This document shows positions 60,241 to 64,000 of a stretch of 64,000 nt of DNA, piece after piece. The notes under the pieces are model-generated. The model saw nothing but the letters and a program-made list of their open reading frames with translations. It did no database searches and had not been told where the DNA came from. Positions within the stretch are counted from its first letter, which is position 1, and every line of letters begins with the position of its first letter. Origin of the DNA: an uncultured Gammaproteobacteria bacterium (lineage in GTDB: Bacteria > Patescibacteriota > Patescibacteriia > UBA1558 > GWA2-36-10); assembly GCA_964424615.1 (NCBI GenBank), contig CAYRIU010000007.1, forward strand, positions 20,052 through 84,051, written 5' to 3'. The translations under genes and the position numbers were made by a program.

Positions 60241-60984
60241 TTATGTTAAAATCTCACAACCATCTTCGGTGACTACGACAGTATGTTCAAAATGAGCACA
60301 CAAAGAACCGTCATGACTATCAACGTTCCAGCCATTGTCAGCTGTCACCACCCTAAAGTCACCACCCATCACTAGCATTGGCTCTATAGCCAAAACCAAG
60401 CCAGGAAACATCTTGGCTAGCTTATGACCAACATTATAATTTGGCACAAAAGGATCTTCATGTACTGCTCTACCGACTCCATGACCAGCCAAATCTTTGA
60501 CAATGCCATAGCCATGTGGTTTTACAAAATTTTCAATGGCCTGACCAATCTCCTCTATTCCTCTATCTGGACCAACTTGACTAAGAGCAATTTCTAAAGA
60601 TTTTTTGGTGACTGTTAATAATTTTTCAGCTGCTTTGGATATCTTGCCAACCGGCACAGTCAGCGCCATATCAGTATACAAACCTTTGTATTTGATGCCC
60701 AAATCCAAACCTACAATATCACCTTCTTTAAGTGGCATCTTATTTGGTATACCATGCACCACTGTCTGATTGATAGAAACACACAAAGAATTGGGGAAAC
60801 CATGATAATTCTTGAAAGATGGCTTAGCACCAGCTTTGGCTATCAATTCTTCGGCAAATTTGTTAAGCTCCAAACCACTAACTCCCGGCTGTACTTTGGC
60901 AGCTACAGCATACAATACTTCGTGCAAGATCTTTCCACCTTCACGCAAAGCATCTATTTCTATAGCGGTTTTTTTATCTAGCAT
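60241..60984 (-). CDS. map: Methionine aminopeptidase type I
   Basis: CVSINQTVVHGIP, GHGVG..VHEDP, AIEPM, AHFEHT. Confidence 0.98.
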   Translation of the reverse strand: MLDKKTAIEIDALREGGKILHEVLYAVAAKVQPGVSGLELNKFAEELIAKAGAKPSFKNYHGFPNSLCVSINQTVVHGIPNKMPLKEGDIVGLDLGIKYKGLYTDMALTVPVGKISKAAEKLLTVTKKSLEIALSQVGPDRGIEEIGQAIENFVKPHGYGIVKDLAGHGVGRAVHEDPFVPNYNVGHKLAKMFPGLVLAIEPMLVMGGDFRVVTADNGWNVDSHDGSLCAHFEHTVVVTEDGCEILT

Positions 60985-61627
60985 GTTTATCTAGATAATC
61001 AATAATTAATTTAGCCACATCAGCAATACTACCCTTACCGTCAATAACAACTAATTTATTTTGCTGCTCATAATATTCCAAAAGCTTGGCGGTTTCTTCT
61101 CTGTAATACTTCAATCTCTTGCGCAACAAATCTTCACGATCATCTTCACGAAAATGCAAGGGTTCATGGCAAATTTCACAAGTAGAATCAAGACTAGAAG
61201 GACGATGTTCTATGTGAAAAACATGGCCATTGCTACAAATACGACGACCAACTATACGACTCACTGCTATCTCATCAGTGATATCAATATTGATAACCAA
61301 ATCAATCAAATAATGCTGATCTAGATTGGAAGCTTGATAAATAGTACGAGGAAAACCATCTATTAAGAAACCCTTTTTATATTTTTCTGTTTTTAGCTCC
61401 TCTAGCATCAAAGATATCATCAAACTATCAGGTATCATCTCACCATTGTTCACAAACTGCCCTATACGGAGTCCTAACTCTGTCTTTTGTCTGATAGCTG
61501 ACCTCAATAAATCTCCGGCAGCCAAAATATTGATATCTAAATAATCGGTAATCACCTGACTCTGAGTACTTTTTCCTGAACCCTGTGGTCCCATCAATAT
61601 TACTTTATTTATTTTATAATCTGCCAT
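60974..61627 (-). CDS. adk: Adenylate kinase
   Basis: GPQGSGKSTQ, GDLLR, DGFPRT, LID region, REDD. Confidence 0.96.
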   Translation of the reverse strand: MADYKINKVILMGPQGSGKSTQSQVITDYLDINILAAGDLLRSAIRQKTELGLRIGQFVNNGEMIPDSLMISLMLEELKTEKYKKGFLIDGFPRTIYQASNLDQHYLIDLVINIDITDEIAVSRIVGRRICSNGHVFHIEHRPSSLDSTCEICHEPLHFREDDREDLLRKRLKYYREETAKLLEYYEQQNKLVVIDGKGSIADVAKLIIDYLDKHAR

Positions 61628-61651
61628 TTTGTTATTTATTTATATAATTAT

Positions 61652-61794
61652 AATTCACCCCGTGAAATAGTTTTCGTGTTAAACACGAAAACTACCGCTA
61701 ATTAATACTATTAAAAAATACTTTTAGTTTATATTTATATGAACTTTTAAATTTTAATCATACTATGCTGTAGCGGTATTTCACTGGGTAAATT
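61652..61794. repeat. ~140-bp inverted-repeat element, copy B (adk leader)
   Basis: AATT-CACCCCGTGAAATA-[hairpin]-TACCGCTA ... TAGCGGTATTTCACTGGGTA-AATT. Confidence 0.85.
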
Positions 61795-61820
61795 ATAGCA
61801 AAAGTATGCACTTTACTCAA
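61792..61820 (-). promoter_or_regulatory. Promoter upstream of adk
   Basis: Minus-strand TTGAGT-N17-TATAAT with TG extension (TGCTATAAT). Confidence 0.65.
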
Positions 61821-61822
61821 TC

Positions 61823-61853
61823 AAAAAACCCGATCCGCCAGCTGGCGGATCGG
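61823..61853 (-). terminator. Terminator after secY (24-bp perfect palindrome)
   Basis: CCGATCCGCCAGCTGGCGGATCGG followed by GTTTTTT on the minus strand. Confidence 0.75.
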
Positions 61854-61869
61854 CCTCTATTTATATCTA

Positions 61870-63147
61870 TTAAAAACCCTCATAATCTCTCATCACCAGC
61901 TGAGCATCTATCTGTTTGACTGTCTCAATAGCTACAGATACAACGATCAATAAACTAGTGCCACCAAAAGCTAAGGTAGCAATACCAGCAAATGATCTAA
62001 TCAAGTCTGGCAATATAGCAATCAAACCCAAGAAAATAGCGCCAGCAAAAATCACTCTATTCATCACCATGTTCAAATAATCAGCTGTAGGACGACCAGG
62101 TCTGATACCAGGTACAAAACCACCCTGTTTCTGTAAATTTTCTGCTATTTGCTGTGGCTTGAAAATGACTGAGGTGTAAAAATAAGTAAATAAAACTACT
62201 AACAAGAAATACACTACATTGTGGAATAATTTACCTTGAAAAGTATCAATAATCCACTGAGAAAAATTGGCTATCCACAATACACTAGATTTTAAGAAAA
62301 ACTGAGCAATCATTGGTGGTACCAGCACAACTGACACAGCAAAGATGATTGGAATCACACCAGCTTGATTGACTCTCAATGGCAATTGAGTATTGACGCC
62401 ACCCATAGTCTTGGTGCCGACCATATGTCTAGCATAAGACACTGGTATATTTCTCTGACCTTCAGTAATCAAAACTACAGCTGCAATAGTAAGTAATGCA
62501 ATAGCTACAAAAAGTACCAAATTCAAAACTTGTGAACTATCAAAAGCAATCAATGTATTGCGTACTGTTGATGGCAAACGACTCACGATACCAGCAAAAA
62601 TGATCAAAGAAACTCCATTACCTACATGCTTTTCAGTAATCAGCTCTCCTAACCACATCAAAAATAAAGTACCAGCTGTGATCAATATCAGAGTAGTGAC
62701 AAGCTCCATGCTAGTCATATTGCCCAACAAACGACCCTGAGTCTGGCTGGACAAAAGACGAATATAGCTATAGGCCTGTATCAAGGCCAATGGCACGGTC
62801 AATAAACGTGTATATTGGTTTAATTTTTGCTGACCATATTCACCCTCCTTGGACAAAGCTTCAATCTTTGGCACTATCATGGCCAATAACTGAATAATAA
62901 TGGAAGCAGTGATATATGGACCAACGCCCAACATGATGACAGAGAAATTTTGTAAAGCACCGCCAGAAAACATACTCAAAAGTCCCAAAACTTGATTACC
63001 TTCGAGATAGCTTTTTAATTCAGCGACATCAACTCCAGGTACTGGAATATGAGCAGCGACTCTATATACTAGCAACAAGGCAAAAACATACAGAATACTA
63101 TTACGAACATCTTTAGCTTTCCAGATTTGTTTTAACTTGTCTAACAT
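61870..63147 (-). CDS. secY: Preprotein translocase subunit SecY
   Basis: LGVGPYITASII, GNGVSLIIFAGI, AGVIPIIFA, PGIRPG, GGTSLLIVV. Confidence 0.99.
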   Translation of the reverse strand: MLDKLKQIWKAKDVRNSILYVFALLLVYRVAAHIPVPGVDVAELKSYLEGNQVLGLLSMFSGGALQNFSVIMLGVGPYITASIIIQLLAMIVPKIEALSKEGEYGQQKLNQYTRLLTVPLALIQAYSYIRLLSSQTQGRLLGNMTSMELVTTLILITAGTLFLMWLGELITEKHVGNGVSLIIFAGIVSRLPSTVRNTLIAFDSSQVLNLVLFVAIALLTIAAVVLITEGQRNIPVSYARHMVGTKTMGGVNTQLPLRVNQAGVIPIIFAVSVVLVPPMIAQFFLKSSVLWIANFSQWIIDTFQGKLFHNVVYFLLVVLFTYFYTSVIFKPQQIAENLQKQGGFVPGIRPGRPTADYLNMVMNRVIFAGAIFLGLIAILPDLIRSFAGIATLAFGGTSLLIVVSVAIETVKQIDAQLVMRDYEGF

Positions 63148-63156
63148 AAAATTTTA

Positions 63157-63633
63157 TTATTGCTTCTTTTCTGATGCTTCTTTTTTGACTTTGACTACGA
63201 TAGCTTGACCACCAAGTTCTTCAATCTTATTTTTGGCAGTCTCGGAATAGGCATTAGCCTCAACAATTAATTTTTTATCTAAGGTGCCAGTAGCCAAAAC
63301 CTTGAGACCGTTGGCCACAGTATCTACTAAGCCCTTCTTGGCCAATATTCTGACATTTACTTTTTCACCATCTTTAAAAATTTCATTCAAAACTCCGATA
63401 TTCACTGTAGCATACTTTGGATGAATAGAACGGAAACCTCTGTTTTTTGGGATGCGCAAAAGATAGCTACGCATACTACGCACAGCAATACCTACTCTAC
63501 CACCAGATCTAGCTCTCTGGCCTTTCATACCACGAGTAGAATAATTACCTCGTCCAGAGCCAGTACCACGACCTAGTTTTTTACGACGATGAGTAGAGCC
63601 CTCTGATTTTTGTAAATTACTTAAAGTCAACAT
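63157..63633 (-). CDS. rplO: 50S ribosomal protein L15
   Basis: LGRGTGSGRG, GMKGQRARSG, PKNRGF. Confidence 0.97.
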   Translation of the reverse strand: MLTLSNLQKSEGSTHRRKKLGRGTGSGRGNYSTRGMKGQRARSGGRVGIAVRSMRSYLLRIPKNRGFRSIHPKYATVNIGVLNEIFKDGEKVNVRILAKKGLVDTVANGLKVLATGTLDKKLIVEANAYSETAKNKIEELGGQAIVVKVKKEASEKKQ

Positions 63634-63635
63634 AA

Positions 63636-64000
63636 TTATTTTTCCTTTTTAGCTACAGTTTTATGAGTTGCTGTTTTAGCTTTTGGAGCAACATGGGCAG
63701 CAACTTTATTTTCTGTATTATTTTGGACTTTCATGACTTTGGATTTTGGAACAAAAGATGACAAGGCCATCAAAGTAGCACGAGAATTGTTGATCTTGTT
63801 GCTAGCTCCCAAAATCTTAGCTGTAGCATCTTTGATGCCAGCTAAATCCAAGATAATACGCACGACACCACCAGCTTTGATACCACTACCTTTTTTGGCT
63901 GGCTTGATCATAATTCTAGCTGATTTCTCTTTGATTGTCACTGCGTGAGGTAAAGTACCGTCTACTATATTTACGGTAATCATGTGTTTTCTGGCCTGAG
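63636..64000 (-). CDS. rpsE: 30S ribosomal protein S5 (5' end beyond the window)
   Basis: TLPH, KPAKKGSGIKAGGVVR, AGIKD, LGASNKINN. Confidence 0.95.
   Translation of the reverse strand, partial: QARKHMITVNIVDGTLPHAVTIKEKSARIMIKPAKKGSGIKAGGVVRIILDLAGIKDATAKILGASNKINNSRATLMALSSFVPKSKVMKVQNNTENKVAAHVAPKAKTATHKTVAKKEK

Overview
AT-rich bacterial chromosome segment, almost all on the minus strand, standard code 11 (TGA is used as stop, e.g. the ATGA overlap at 42986-42989). Gene content and organisation point by inference to a Patescibacteria/CPR (Parcubacteria-like) genome: rpsE-rplO without rpmD, DUF5667 next to an ECF sigma, many large pilins and an S-layer-like protein. Contents, left to right: (1) hrcA-grpE-hsp20-Zn-ribbon-dnaK heat-shock operon with a perfect CIRCE; (2) a four-gene MacAB-type ABC operon with a second perfect CIRCE over its promoter; (3) a type IV pilus locus (two tandem pilins, a PilM fusion, four minor pilins with large adhesin cargo, pilC, pilB) whose operon begins with a minimal, divergent chemosensory cassette (MCP-CheW-CheA-CheY); (4) a ~19 kb glycan biosynthesis cluster bracketed by two O-antigen-ligase/TPR genes; (5) a 1181-aa S-layer-like gene with a long structured leader; (6) an ECF sigma and putative anti-sigma with an autoregulatory promoter; (7) housekeeping genes ending in map-adk-secY-rplO-rpsE. 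Most interesting: the pilus-linked chemosensory system, the HrcA-controlled ABC exporter, a homopolymer frameshift in the leader of the largest minor pilin, a covarying ~140-bp element sitting right behind two extended -10 boxes, and several nested palindromic micro-elements. All product calls come from motif recognition by eye; no searches were run.
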